Below are positions 14,396 to 27,816 of a stretch of 64,000 bases of DNA, piece by piece. The position numbers and the translations under genes were made by a program. Source of the DNA: Mobula hypostoma (Eukaryota); NCBI RefSeq assembly GCF_963921235.1, contig NC_086097.1, positions 12,958,001 to 13,022,000 on the forward strand, in the 5' to 3' direction. Each line of letters begins with the position of its first letter. Within the stretch, counting starts at the first letter, position 1. The notes beneath the pieces are model-generated. The model was not told the origin of the DNA and ran no database searches. It saw only the letters and a list, made by a program, of their open reading frames with translations.

Positions 14396-14869
14396 ACAAC
14401 CTTCCTGTTGAAGTGCAGCACATATTTTTCTTCACAAGGGGAGAGAGAGAGACACTTGCGTTTAAAAAACGTGCAACGTTTCTTTGCAAGGAGAGAAAGA
14501 CCGTTGTGATAAAAGAGACAGAAAATGGATGAAATTCACAAGTTCATAAACAGAGAATATGGGTTGATAATCAAAGTAAAAAATACGGAAATGGCTGGCT
14601 GCATCGGAAAATTAAATGTGTCGATTACACAACAGATAACTGGGTGATATATATTGAATGAATTGAGCAGTATTTTAAAGCAAATGGAATAGTCATTGAA
14701 AAGTAGGTATCAATGTTACTGAGTGTAATGGAGAAAAGCGTACAATTTGCTTAGAAGTTTGACTGCTCCAATCAAGCCAGCCGAAATTAGCTTTGCTGAT
14801 ATTGTGAAAGTAATGCAGGAATATTTAGAACTGACAGCAGAATACTTTAGGTTTCATAAGTGAATAAAT

Positions 14870-15945
14870 ACCATAAGACCATCGTGTCTGCTCCTCCATT
14901 TCTGGTCCAATTTTCTTCTTAGCCCTAGTCTCCTGCTTTCTCCCTCTATCCCTTCATGTCCTGACCAATCAAGAATCTATCAACCTCTGCTTTAAATATA
15001 CATAAAGACTTGGCCTCCACAGCTGCCTGTGGCAAGGAATTCCACAGATTCACCACTCTCTAGCTAAAGAAATTCCTCCTCACCTCCTTTCAAAAAGGAC
15101 ACCCCTCTATTCTGAGGCTGTGTCCTCTGGTCTTAGACTCTCCCACCTCTCTACATCCAATTTATCAAGGCCTTTCACCATTTGATAGGTTTCAGTGAGG
15201 TCACCACTCATTCTTCTGAATTATAGTGAATATAGGCTGAGAGCCATCACATACTCTTCATATGACAAGTCATTCAATCCTGGAATCATTTTCATGAGAC
15301 TCCTTTGAACGTCTCCAGGTTCAGCACGTTAAGATTAAGGGGCCTAAATCTGCTCACAATACTCCAAGTGAGCAATACTCCAACATTACATAATTGCATT
15401 TGTTTTCTAGTCTTCCAGAAACGAATGCTAACATCGTATTTGCCTTGCTCACAACAGACTTAACCCGCAAATTATCCTTTAGGGAATCCTGCACAAGAAT
15501 TCCCCTTTCTGTCTCAGTTTTTTTTGTATTTTCTCTCCTTTTAAAAAATAGTCAACCCTTTCATTTTTCCTACTGAAGTGCATAACCATACACTACTCCA
15601 CACTATATTTCCTCTGCCATTTCTTTGCCCATTCTCCTGATCTATCTGTCCTTCAGTAGCCTCTCTACTTCTTCAAAACTACCTGCTCCTCCAGCTATCT
15701 TCATAACTCCTGCAAATATTGCAACAGAGCCATCAATTGCATCATTCAGATCATTGACATATAACATAAAAGGAATCATCCCCAACACAAACCCCTGTAG
15801 AACACCATTAGTCACCAGCAGCCAGTCAGAAAAGGCTCTCATTATTCCCACTCTTTGCCACCTGCCAATCAGCCACTGCTTTATCCATGCTAGGATCTTT
15901 TATGCAATACCATGGGCTCATAACTTGTTAAGCAGCCTCATGTGT
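14870..15945 (-). mobile_element. CR1 LINE 3' part (RT), inserted in Gypsy gag
   Basis: VTNGVLQGFVLG..F.LYVNDL..FA; CR1-like tail at approx 14870. Confidence 0.8.
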
Positions 15946-16082
15946 AAGTAACACCTTATCAAAAGGAAGGGGAGACCATCTCAACATACGTGTCTGAACT
16001 GAAGGATTGGTCTGTCAGGATCTGTGGTGATAGTAATGTCACAATCAACCCAGTACTGAAAGTAGATCAATACCCTCTGCCC

Positions 16083-16435
16083 TCTTGGATAGGTGGGGCT
16101 CGTCAGCCTTGAATGGCAGACAACCTAGGAGAAGAAAAACTCTGATTTTAAAACTCTGCTGCCTTGCGGCCATGCCCACCCATGGGAAAGGCTTCGAGAG
16201 TAAACTCCGAGGAAGAAATCCGGAGGCAGGGTCCATAAGGCAGTTTGATGTTGTTTAGAACTTCACTCTGGTAACCTCTGTGACGACACTGGTACCAAGC
16301 TGTACTGGCACTTGCCCTTCCCTTGGATACATCCATAATGTGGAGAGGGGGAACCCACTGCATGGGCAACAGCTGGTTCTTCAAATCTTCACAGTCCACC
16401 AGAGGCATAAACCCCTGGGATCGACGGCTGCCTAC
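16083..16435 (+). mobile_element. Short non-autonomous retroposon (RTE-like) inserted in Gypsy RT
   Basis: 12-bp TSD TACCCTCTGCCC (16071-16082, 16436-16447); shares approx 120 bp with the tRNA SINE body. Confidence 0.75.
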
Positions 16436-17119
16436 TACCCTCTGCCCAAGAGAAAGGAAACTTTTCTGGAGGGAAACACCTCAGTAAAGCAGACTTAGCT
16501 GAGGCCTACGTACAGATGGACATGGAAGAAGGTCCAAAGTGTTCCTCACTATAAACACTCACAAAGGGCTTTCTCACTATAATAGGCTTATTTTTGAACT
16601 AGCATCTGCACCTGCAGTCTAGCTGAAAGCTATGGACCAGGTGCTGTGAGGTGAGCCAGGCGCTCAGTGTTACCTGGATGATATCATTGTTATTGGTGAG
16701 GATGACAGGGAACGTCTCCAAAGTCTCAAGACAGTGCTAAAATGATTAAAGCACTGTGTAAATTCTTTAAACCAAGCATCACTTAATGTGGTCACACCAT
16801 TGACACACAAGCCGTACAGATGTATGCTGAAAAAAAATCAAACAGTGGTGGATTCCCCAAAGGACATCTCATAGTTTGCCTACCTTTTTAGGATTTGTCA
16901 ATTACTATAACAGGTTGCTGTCAAACCTGGCAACTGTGCTCCATCTCTTGAACTCATTGCTATAGTTCAAGAGTAAATGGCAATGGCCGAAGCAGTGGGA
17001 GGTGGCTTTCAAAAAGTCAAAGGAAATGGTGATGTCAGACACTGTGCTCACACATTATAATCCACACTGTCCAGTGAAGCTTCTTTGTGACACCTCACCT
17101 TACAGTATAGGTGCAGTAG

Positions 17120-17577
17120 AGGACAACTAGAGTCCATTTTCACGTACGGATGTGAGACGTGGACACTCACCAAGACGATGTGATAGTCTCTAGCTGGTTG
17201 CTATACAAGAATGCTCCGGATTGCTCTTGATGTGAGTTGACAACAGCACATGACGAACGTTGAGCTCTATAACAACCTACCGATGCTCTCCACTAAAATC
17301 GAGGCGAGAAGACCGCAACTAGCGGGGCACTGTCTACGCCACCCCGAGCTACCTGCCAGCCTGGTCATCATATGGGAGCCCAAGCACGGGAGGATGAACC
17401 CTGGGCACCCTCCCAAGACTATGGTCTACACGCTCCTGGAAGACAGCGGCGCGGCTAATGTTGATGAACTGAACACACTGATGAGGGAGAGGGAGAAGTG
17501 GAGAGTCCTTCGTCATGCCCGACACCGGCCCCCTAGGCCTGACTCGACGTAGTAGTAGTAGTAGCAGTAGTAGTAGA
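17120..17577 (+). mobile_element. RTE-clade LINE 3' fragment
   Basis: YGCETWTLTK..., RRPQLAGHCLRH, REREKWR, followed by a (TAG)n tail. Confidence 0.8.
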
Positions 17578-18315
17578 GGACAATTAATCATGGAAATTCT
17601 GATTGATTTTCCCATTTACCCTTGGAAGAGGAAATATCTGATAAATTTACAAAAGAGGACACTCTTCTAGATGAATTCTCCCTAATACAAATTGAAAGTC
17701 TCCCTGTTATAGCAGAAATGGTAAAAAGCGAAACTAGAAAATATTCCACGATGTCTTGGGTCTACATGTCCACCCAAAATGGCTGGAATGTGCAGCAAAA
17801 AGTGCAGATTCCCCCATCTATACCAGCACCGGGATGAACACGCCTTTGACAGGGTTGCTGTATGTGGGGATTGAGAGTTGTTGTATCATCCAAGCTGAGA
17901 GCTAAAGTGTTGGATGAGCTACATGCCAGTCATCTAGGCGTAGTCAAAATGAAAGTGTTGACTCAGGGCTTTGTCTGGTGGCCTGGGATAGATCAGCGAA
18001 TCAAGCAGCTTGCTATGCACTGTTCAGGCTGCCAACACATCCATGAGAAAGGCACCCAGAGCTGTCAGAACCACTTCCTGCACTTCCAGATTCAACTCCT
18101 GCAACCATCAGGAAGGAGGCTCCTGAACCTGAAATTGTTTCACAGCCTCAAATCTTTCTGCCAAGCTGAATAACTGCCTTGTCAGGAAAGATGTTATCCC
18201 ACAGAAGTATAAAATCTGCCACAGAAATTAAATCTTTAGGTGTGAATGGGATAATTGAAAGGTTACTATGCTGTAGATGTCGATGTACTAGTTGTGTTAT
18301 ATAGTATAGTGTGTG

Positions 18316-18889
18316 TGTTACATATGAAACACACTGGTTCCGTCGGCTGCATAAGTCTAGGGAAGACAATCTCCAGCCCTGGCAAACGTGTGAGATTGAG
18401 GTGCAAGCCCACCCCAAGCCCCCTGTTTGTCTGGATGCTGCGTGATTTGTTGTCCTGTTATAAATAAGTACCATGAAATAACAGACGGTGTACCACATAC
18501 AACTAAGCGATTTACCTTTATAATTCTTAATTTGGCTAAAAGGTTAGTAAGGAAAAAGCAAAAAAAGAAAAGGTCCTATTTTGAAGAAACTGTTGGAACT
18601 CACGGTTTCCCCTTTGCCGATCCTCCTTCGATCTCCCTGGGGTTCGTCAAATCATGGCCCCGCTCCGGGTCGAGTCCTACGACCTCTTCTCTCCGGTGCC
18701 TTCTCCCTTCATCACCCCCCAAACCAAAGACCCCGCTCACACCAGTGTCAGGCACACAACAGGAAAACCACAATCCCTTCATTGGACAGCTCTCGTTCCA
18801 AACCACCCGTTATCTCCAACCATAACCCAAACACTGCTTCTCCAGAAAGACCATTACATTAGCAGTGAAACCCTTTGCAGGATTATACA
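18316..18889. repeat. Possible solo LTR
   Basis: TG..CA-bounded block interrupting the Gypsy 3' region; no clear TSD. Confidence 0.35.
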
Positions 18890-19102
18890 TATTTGAGTAA
18901 TATTGTAAATACATTTGACCAATACATCGTAAAATGCTGAAGGAACTCAGAACCTGATGAAGGATCTTGGCCCGAAACATCTACTGTTTACTCTTTTCCA
19001 TCGATTCTGTCTGGCCTGCTGAGTTCCTCCAACATTTTGTGAATGTTGCTTGGATTTCCAGCAACTGCAGATTTTCTATTGTTCGTAAATATGTAGTTTC
19101 AG

Positions 19103-19230
19103 TTAACCTTTAGATACTGTTTGGGTCAAATTTGACCCGTTTTGACATTTGACAGCAGTAAAAACACCCTAAATGCCATTTTTTAGCTGAAGTTTGATGA
19201 CTTTTCTAAAGTGACCCAAAATGCTCAAAA
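19103..19230. mobile_element. piggyBac-like transposon end fragment
   Basis: TTAA-CCTTT start followed by a perfect 16-bp palindrome GGGTCAAATTTGACCC (19123-19138). Confidence 0.45.
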
Positions 19231-20060
19231 ATGAAATACAATGTTGGAAAATGCATGAACATCCACTTTGGTAGCAGAAATAAATGTACAGACTGCTTTC
19301 TTAACAGGGAGAAAATCCAGGAATCTGAGATTCAAAGGGACTTGGGAGTCCACGTGCAGAACACTCTGAAGGTTAACTTGCAGGTTGAGTTGGTGGTGAG
19401 GAAGGCAAATGCAATGTTAGCATTCGTTTCAAGAGGCCGAGAATACAAGAGCAAGGATGTGATGCTGAGGCTTTATAAGGCATTTACTAGACCGCACTTG
19501 GAGTATTGTGATCAGTTTTGGGCTCCTTGTCTTAGAAAAGATGTTCTGGCATTGGAGAGGGTCTGGAGGAGGTTCACAGGAATGATTCTGGGAATGAAAG
19601 AGTTAATGTATGAGGAGTGTTTGATGGCTCTGGGCTTGTACTCATTGGAGTTTAGAATGAGAGGGTTTCTCATTGAAATCTATAGAATATTGAGAGGACT
19701 GGATAGAGTGGATATAGAGAGGATATTTTCTATTGTGGTTGAGTCTAGGACCAAAGCATACAGCCTCAGACTGGAGGGGTATCTATTTAGAACAGTGATG
19801 AAGAGGAATTTCTTTAGCCAGAGGGTTGTGAATCTGTGGAATTATTTGTGACATGTGGCAGTAGTGGTTAAGTCATTGGGTATATTTAAGATAGAGCTTG
19901 ACAGGTTCTTCATTAGTCAGGGCACCAAAGGTTACAGAGAGAAGGCAGGAGAATGGGGTTGAGAGGGATAATAGATCAACTACCATGGAATGGCAGGGCA
20001 AACTCGATAGGCTAAATGGCCAAATTCTGCTCCTCTGTCATACGGCTCATGGTCTTATGA
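19230..20060 (+). mobile_element. CR1 LINE 3' fragment
   Basis: ORF 19231-19851: KYNVGKC, QRDLGV, KANAML, RPHLEYC.QFWAP, FFSQRVVNLWN. Confidence 0.9.
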
Positions 20061-20964
20061 ATTCCACAACTCATGTTCTTATGATTTATTTACTTATATA
20101 TTTCTTTTTATTATTATCATTATTTTTGTATTTGCTCATTTTGTTTCTTTTGCACTTTTTGTTTTGTCAGTCTTTGTGTGCAGTTTTTAATTGACTCTAT
20201 TATTTCTATATTCTACTGTGACTGCCTGCGAGGAAATGAATCTCAGGTGACAAATGGTGACATACTGTATATGCATGTACTTTGAAAATAAACTTATTTT
20301 CAACTTTGAACTTTGAACACCCAGAGTTTGCTGCCTCAAACTTGATACATACATGGGAGAATTTTCACTCTCTCCATTCTCAGGACAAGTTCCAGATTAG
20401 GTTAATGTTCTGGGTGTTGGGAATGGAGATTAATCCTGTCAGAGCTTCCCATTATCAGAAGTTGTTGCCAAAAGCTGCATTCTACAATGTCAGGTGCTGT
20501 ACTGGAGAACAGAATTTATGATCTGATGCTCTCTTTGATCAGCACAGTGGTTCAAGAGTAGATTTTGGGTACTCATTGCTCAAGATAATGTTCGTAAATT
20601 GGTAGATTGGAGAGTTAAAGTTTGTCATCCCAACTTCTGGATCGGAAGGAAATTGCCACCAACTGCACTGGATCAGAAAAAGCTGCAGAAATTTGTAAAC
20701 TCTGCCAAATCCATCGTGGGCACCAGCCTCCCCAGCATCGAGAAAACCTTCAAAAGGCAAAGCTTCAAAAAGGCAGCATCCATCGTTAAGGACCACCCTG
20801 AGTCAGCCCATGATCTCTTCTCATTGCTACCATCAAGGAAGAGGTACACACTCAATGTTTTAGGAACAGTTTCTTCTCCTCTATCATCAGATTTTTGAAT
20901 GGACGATGAACCAGGCACCCTACCTCATGATGTTTTTTTTTTGGCTCTATTTTTGGACTACCTG

Positions 20965-23090
20965 CTTGAAGGCATGTGAAAGGATGATACAAAACTGGTT
21001 CCAAGACACATTATTTCTGCCTACTAAACCCATGGAGCCAAACACACATTTGGGAGCACAAGGACCATAAAACCTTGTTGCCTGCAGAAACTCTATTTCA
21101 TTGGAAGAGGTATTAAAATGCGAAGCTACCTGCTTCTGAAAAACATTAGGATAAATAAGTCTCCAGGGCCAGATAAAATCTACCACAGATCACAACAGAG
21201 AGCCAGGGAAGAGACTGCTCCTGGACACAGGAGTAGTACCACAGGACTGTAGGATGGCAAATGTTGTTTTGTTCTTCAAGGGAGGCAATGGAGATAATCC
21301 TGGGAATTATAGATCAGTGAGTATGATGTCAGAATTATAGTCTTGTTAGCTAGGTGGTAGGGTGGAATTAACTCTCTACCAAAGGAGGTGTAATGGGCTC
21401 CTTCACTCTACTAGCCTGCAGGTCACCATTGGGCAAGGCATAGCACTTGCTTAGCTTCCCCAACCCAGATCATGGTCATGTGAAGCCATGGGAGCAGGTG
21501 GTGGGTGGTTGTATGAGCAACTGGTGTATATCACAAGTCCTGGTTATGAGACTACTGATGCCAGGCAGGTAATATCTGAGGAGTATTGATAATGACTGGG
21601 GTCACCTGTCTGGCAAAGACGCTGCCCAGAAGAAGGCAATGGCAAGCCACCCTGTGAAAAAAAATTGCCAAGAACAATCATGGTCAAAGACCACGATCAC
21701 CCATGTTATATGACACAGCAGATAATGATGATGAGTCTTGTTATGGAGAGTCAGTATGGTTTTGTGTGGTGCAGGTTGTCCCTCGTGAATCCAATTGAGT
21801 TTTATGAGGCTGGAACAAAACAAATTGATGAAGGTAGAGCAGTAGATGCGGTGTATATGGATTTTCGTAAACTATTTGGCAAGGTTCTCCATGAATGGCT
21901 CATTCAGAAAGTCATGAGCCATGGGATCCATGGAAACTTGGCTGTGAGGTTTCAGAATTAGTTTTCCCACCAAAGGCTGAGGGTAGTAGTAGATGAATTA
22001 TATTCCTCCTGGAGGTCAGTGACTAGTTGGGGTTCTACAAGAATCTATTCTGGGACTGCTACTCTTTGTCATGAGTTGGATGAGAAAACAGAGGGATATT
22101 TTAGCAATTTTGCAGACGGCACAAAAGTTGGTGATGTTGTGGAAAGTGTAGAAGGTTGTCATAGTTTACAATGGGACATCGAAAAGATGTATGTTGGACA
22201 GAGAAGTGGCAGTTGGAGTTCAATCAAGTAAAGTGTGAAATTATATACTTTGAAAATTCAAACATGAAGGTGGAGTGCAAGGTCAAAGGCAGGATTCTCA
22301 GCATGTGGAGGAACAGAGGGATCTTGGGGTCCAGATTCACAGACACTCAAATTTGCTATGCAAGCTGATAGGGTGGTTAAGGTATATAAGCGTTCACCTT
22401 CATTAGTCAGGGGATTTAGCTCAAGAACTGCGAAGTAATATTGCAGTTCTGTAAAACACTGGTTGGATCACAACTGGAGTATTGTATTCATTTCTGGTCA
22501 CTTCATTGGAGGAAGGTTGTGGGAGCTTTAGAGAGGGTACAGAGGAGATTTACCAGGACTTTTCTCTTTGAAATGACAGAAGATGAAAGGCAACTTGATA
22601 GAAGTACATAAGATTCTGAGAGGCATAGACTGAGTGGACAGCCAGCATGTTTTTCCAAGGGCAGCTGTGACCATTCTAGAGGACACCCATTTAAGGTAAG
22701 TGAAGAGAACTTTAAGGGAGATATCAGAGGAAGTTTTTATTTATACAAATATTGGTGGGTAATTGAAAAGCACTGCTGGGGGTGATAGTAAAACCTGATA
22801 CAATGATGTATTTGAAACACTCTTTGACAGGAGCATGGATGTAAGAAAAAAGGAGAGTAATGGGCTGTGTATGAAGAAAGGGTTATATGGAGCTTAGAAA
22901 AATAGAGGGCTCTGGGTAACCATAGGTAATTTCTAAAGTAAGTACATGTTCGGCACAGCATTGTGGGCCAAAAGGCCTGTATTCTGCCGTAGTTTTCTAT
23001 GTTTCTATTGATCATGGAGTAGGATTAAAAGGGTCAGTACAACATAGTGGGCTGAAGGGTCTGTACTGCACTGTAATTCTATGTTCTACT
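20965..23090 (+). mobile_element. Decayed CR1 ORF2 (RT region to 3' tail) with a nested retroposon
   Basis: GRAVDAVYMDF.K.F.KV.H, FADGTKVG, FNQVKCE; TTCTATGT-type tails near 22995 and 23080. Confidence 0.82.
21349..21733 (+). mobile_element. Short retroposon with RTE/BovB-type tail; other copies approx 9890-10195 (+) and 48380-48560 (-)
   Basis: 10-bp TSD AGTCTTGTTA (21339-21348, 21734-21743); AGAAGGCAATGGCAA..CCAC tail motif and (GAT)n end. Confidence 0.8.
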
Positions 23091-24339
23091 TTCATAATCA
23101 TCATAGTGCCTTGGTCATTTTGAGCTATTCTAATCCCATTCAATCTACAGATCACAAATGATGAAGGGAAGACAGAAAATGCTGAAGACACTCAGTAGTT
23201 AAGTGGTATCTGTGGAAAGAGAAATGGACTTAATGTTTCAAGTTGGAGATATTTCAACAGAACTGAAAAAAAAAGAAAGAAAGAAAACATTGTGGGCAAG
23301 CTCTGCTAGTGTCAGAATATGTGGCAACACTTGCGGGCTAACCCCAGCACAGCCTTGGATGTGTTGGTTGTTAATGCAAATGGCGCATTTCACTGTAGAT
23401 TTAAATATACATGTGATAAAATAATCCGAATCTGAATCTGATCTGATGCTACCAGCCCTGGAAGCACATTAACTCTCTGTGTTATAAAAAAGAACTTGTC
23501 TCACACTTCTCATGGAGTTATACAGCATGTAAACAGACTCTTTGTCCCAACTGGTCCATGCTGAGCAAGATGCTCCATCGCCTTTGAACTTCCCTTCTCA
23601 TTTTATATACGTGCTCTCAAGTATTAACCATTTCAAGCTTGGGGAAAAAATGCCAGTCATTTACTCTCATTATTTTGTAACAAAGTAGAGGTAGTGCCTC
23701 CACTTCCGTAGGAGTTTGTGAAGATCTGGCATGACATCTAAAACTTCGACGAACTTCTATATACGTGTAGTGGAGTCTAGATATTGATTGGCTGCATCAC
23801 AGCCTGGTATGCAAACACCAATTCCCTTGAACAGAAAACCTTATAAAAAGTAATGGATAAGGCCCAGTCCTTCACAGGTAAAGCACTCCCCATCTCCCAG
23901 CATCCATCATCAGGGACCCCCACCACCCAGGATATGCTCTCTTCTCCGTGCAGCCATCAGGAAGAAGATACTGCAGGCTCAAGATTCACAACATTAGGTT
24001 CAGCAACAGTTATTACCCCTCAACCATCACTCAATTTCACTTGCCCCAACATTGAACTGTTCCCACAACCTATGGTTCACTTTCAAGGACTCTTCATCTA
24101 GTGTTCTTGATACTTATTGCTGATTTATTTAATATTATTATTTCTTTATTTTTGCACTTGCACATTTTGTTGTCTTTTTCACATTGGTAGAATGTCTTAA
24201 GTTGTTCCAATCTTTCATTGATTCTGTTATAATTTTTATTCAATGGATTTATTGAGGATGCCTGCAGTACAGTGAATGCTAAGCCAACATGTGCTGGAGC
24301 ACACATGACCAGGTACCCCTCTCTGGACACCCCATACGA

Positions 24340-24932
24340 CAGTGGTCCCCAACCACTGGGCCGCGGACCGGTACCTGGCCACAAAGCACGTGCTACTGGG
24401 CCGCGAGGAAACTATATGATTTGGTGGTATGAAATGATATGAGTCAGCTGCACCTTTCCTCATTCCCTGTCACGCACTGTTGAACTTGAGATAACCTAAC
24501 AAATCATATCAAATAACACATAAAACCTAAAATAACACTAACATATAGTAAAAGCAAGAATGATATGATAAATACACAGCCTATATAAAGTAGAAATAAT
24601 GTATGTACAGTGTAGTTTCACTTAACAGAATCGGGAAGATTAAACCAAAACCGATTCATAGAAAAAAACCAGCAAGTACACGCATGCGCAGGTCATGTAT
24701 GCGCACGTCACGCATGCGCACACAGGTGCCCGTGCACGGTTTCATGGTCATAGTAGCCTTTCTCGGGGTAAACACAAGTGTCCTGTATTTGACTGCTACT
24801 TTTGTCCCTTATTTGGGAGTGAGAAATTTGGCAACCCTACTTGAAAACCCACCCCTCACCCGGTCGGCTGGTCTGCAAGAATATTGTCAATATTAAACCG
24901 GTCCATGGTGCAGAAAAGGTTGGGGACCCCTG
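24340..24932. mobile_element. Non-autonomous hAT (Charlie-type) MITE
   Basis: TIRs CAGTGGTCCCCAACC / GGTTGGGGACCCCTG; 8-bp TSD CCATACGA / CCATACCA with central TA. Confidence 0.88.
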
Positions 24933-26289
24933 CCATACCAAGTACATATTATTATCAATATACTCTACATATAGAGTATGTCACCATATACTACCTTGTG
25001 ATTCATATTCTTGAAAATATTTACTGGAAAAAAGGAAATACAAGAACAGTTATGAAGATGTATGCATAAGCAGACTGACAAACAACCAATGTGCAAAAGA
25101 CGACAAATCGTGCAAATTATTTAATAATAATAATAATACTGAGAACATGAGTTGTAGAGTCCTTGAAAGTGAATCTGTAAGTTGTGGAATCAGTTCAGAG
25201 TTAAATTGCATGAAGTTATTCATGATGGTTCAGGAGCCTGATGGTTATAGGTTATGTGTTGATACCTGCTGGCCTTCTCGCTTTTTTCTTCCCATAGCCG
25301 TGGGCATCATTCTCCATGATTCGGCATTGACCTCTCCACCAATTTTGCCCTCCAATGGATCCTTAACTTCAACTGACGATGAGTCCAGAGGAAGGCTCTC
25401 GAAGTGTATCGTTGATGGTCAATTTCTCTACGTAACCTGCTGAGTTCCTCCAGCACTTTGTGTGTTGCTCCAGATTTCCAGTATCTGCACTCCCTTGTGG
25501 CTCCACAAAGCAAATGACCCAGAGGTTACGGGCATGTTAAAATATGTACAAGTGTTTGGAACGTATGTTACTGCCTACCAGAAGCAATGAGAAAGCTGTT
25601 GTCACACAGGTCTCTTCCCCACTGCAAGTGAAGTCATGAAAAAGGGTCTCGGCCCGAAATGTCAACTGTTTATTTACTGCCGTAGATGCTGCCTGACCTG
25701 CTGAGTTCCTCCAGCATTTTGTGTGTGTTTCCACAGTGCAAATGCTGTTTAAGCGGGAGATGTCAACCACGCTACTTGCGTAGAAGAGGTGCACTGTGCT
25801 TCAAGAAGCTGTTGAGAGCTAGCTGAGACACTCAACAAATGAATACCAGCTTCTCTACATCAAAGAAGCCTGTCCTGGTGTCAAACATCAACTCCTTGGC
25901 TGCAGCAGGCATAGACGCAATTTACCCACTTTAGAGCACACATGACCAGGTACGATGTCATGCCAAATCTGAGTGGATTGTTAGCTGTTACTCTGCATGC
26001 ATTGCAGCCTGAGCTTACTGTGGGATTTATTATAAATGAGCTAGTGATAAGTACCAGAGAGATTTCAGTTTTTGCTTAAGATCAACCTTCAATGTAAAAA
26101 GAAACATTTGACAACCCAGATCTTCGAAGGTGAAGGAGCATTTACTCTCCCGCTAGAGCTTGTAATAACGTGTGTAACCTAGTCTTTCACCTGAAGATGA
26201 TATCTTGATACCAAGAGCAGCTAGGATTTGACACTCACAAGCTGTAGGGATGTCAAAAATACCGGGCTTTTAAAGAAGATTGAATACTT

Positions 26290-26740
26290 TAAGATATATA
26301 GGAGCAGAATTAGGCTATTTGGCCCCGAATGTCTGCTCTGTCATTCAAACATGGCTGGTTTTTTTTCAGCCCCATTGCCCTACCTTTTCCTTGTAACTCT
26401 TAACCCCCTTACCAAACAAGAAGCTATCAATCTCTGCTTTAAAAATACCTGATGACCTGGCCTTTACCACCCTCCAGGGAAATAAATTTCACAGATTCAC
26501 CACTCTCTGTCCGAAGAAATTACTCCTCATCTCAGTTTTAAAGAGATGTCCCTTTTCTTCTGAAGCTGTGGTCTTGGATCCAAGATGCTCTGATTAATGG
26601 AAACAATCCCCACTACCTGCCCCCACATCCACACTGTCCTAGTCTTTCAATACGTATATGTTTCCATGAGATTCCCCCTCAACCTACTGAATTCCAAGTA
26701 CAGGACCAAAGTCAACAACTGCTCCTTGTACATTAATTTG
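26290..26740 (-). mobile_element. CR1 LINE 3' fragment
   Basis: CACAGATTCACCACTCTCTG (RVVNLW on the minus strand) and tail homology to other CR1 copies. Confidence 0.75.
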
Positions 26741-26864
26741 TAAGGGAAAACATGGAGGAATGGGACTAATAGAACAGCTCCTTTAGTAGATAGAACATCT
26801 TCAATAGTCTAAATAGCGTTCTTCTGCAGAGTAACAATTCTGTCGTTCTAACCCTACAACATTG

Positions 26865-27639
26865 TGTTACAATTTCTTAACATACCAGCAGCAGGAGATG
26901 AGAAATTGAGTCGGGTTTTTAATATTAAAATCACTATATTTATTTACATCTACTCAAAAAAATAGAAAATTAAATAAACTACTTTCTTAAACAGAAGTTA
27001 ACAGTGTTATGCATCTACAGCTCCCTTATAGTCAAACTTAGATCCTGTTCTTAACAAATCTTACTAAAGCACAGTTGTAACATGGCAGTTCAGAGAGTCC
27101 CAGTAATTCACGAAACACATGAGAGGAGAGACTTGTGGATTCATAATGCAGTGACGAGGCGATCACAATGAATTCCAAAGATTCCATGGCTAGCAAATGA
27201 AGAAACGGTTACTGAAGATCCCAGCCGAGGGATACTGTTCTGAAGTCCTTGAAGAGCAATTTCACAAAGTGACTGTCACGAAATCCACACCCATGGATTG
27301 TACAACGGACATACACGTCTCCGCAATACACAGTGTGCCGCTGATTAACCCAATCCTTTGGGTTTGTGTAAGCACTAGACTTTAACCTTCTCGATCGTGA
27401 GCTGTTCGGGATAGCTCGAAGCCTGCGATCTTCACTCTCTCTCTCTCTTTCCTTTGACTCCTCCGACTCCTTCTCAGCACTTATGTCGACATTTCTTTTA
27501 TACCATCGGCATACGTCATGAGGTAACACTCACAGATATGATACTATGGACCCCCAGTAAAATGAGAATGGGGAAACGTGACGCCCACAGTAAGTGAAAC
27601 TATGGACTCCCAGGAAAACAAAACTGTGGACACATAACA
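26865..27639 (-). repeat. 3' LTR of the Gmr1-like element
   Basis: Colinear with 33676-34766; preceded on the minus strand by a polypurine tract GGGGAGAGG (27640-27648). Confidence 0.93.
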
Positions 27640-27816
27640 CCTCTCCCCAGGAAGAGAAAATTTTGATTTGTAAGGGCAAAATTTTAACTACAATGTACAA
27701 TATGTGGAACAATACATATATGGTTATCATACAGCGCACTGCAAACTAATACAACATTTTGCAGAAGCATATACAAATAGTAAATTCCACTCCATTATTA
27801 AAATTACATTGCAGGT

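Larger units (their letters stand above)
14400..18310 (+). mobile_element. Heavily deleted Gypsy of the same family as 37430-44040, with nested CR1 and RTE insertions
   Basis: gag-like remnant at 14590-14860, RT remnant at 16020-17115, integrase zinc finger (ELHASHLGVVKMK..WWPGID..CSGC) at 17862-18045; 3' region 18050-18300 resembles 43500-43750. Confidence 0.8.

Noticed and set aside
24297..25954. Shared 20-mer GAGCACACATGACCAGGTAC at approx 24297 and 25935 as a TSD or LTR pair
   Set aside because: Similarity does not extend and the sequence between is a mix of unrelated repeats; origin unresolved
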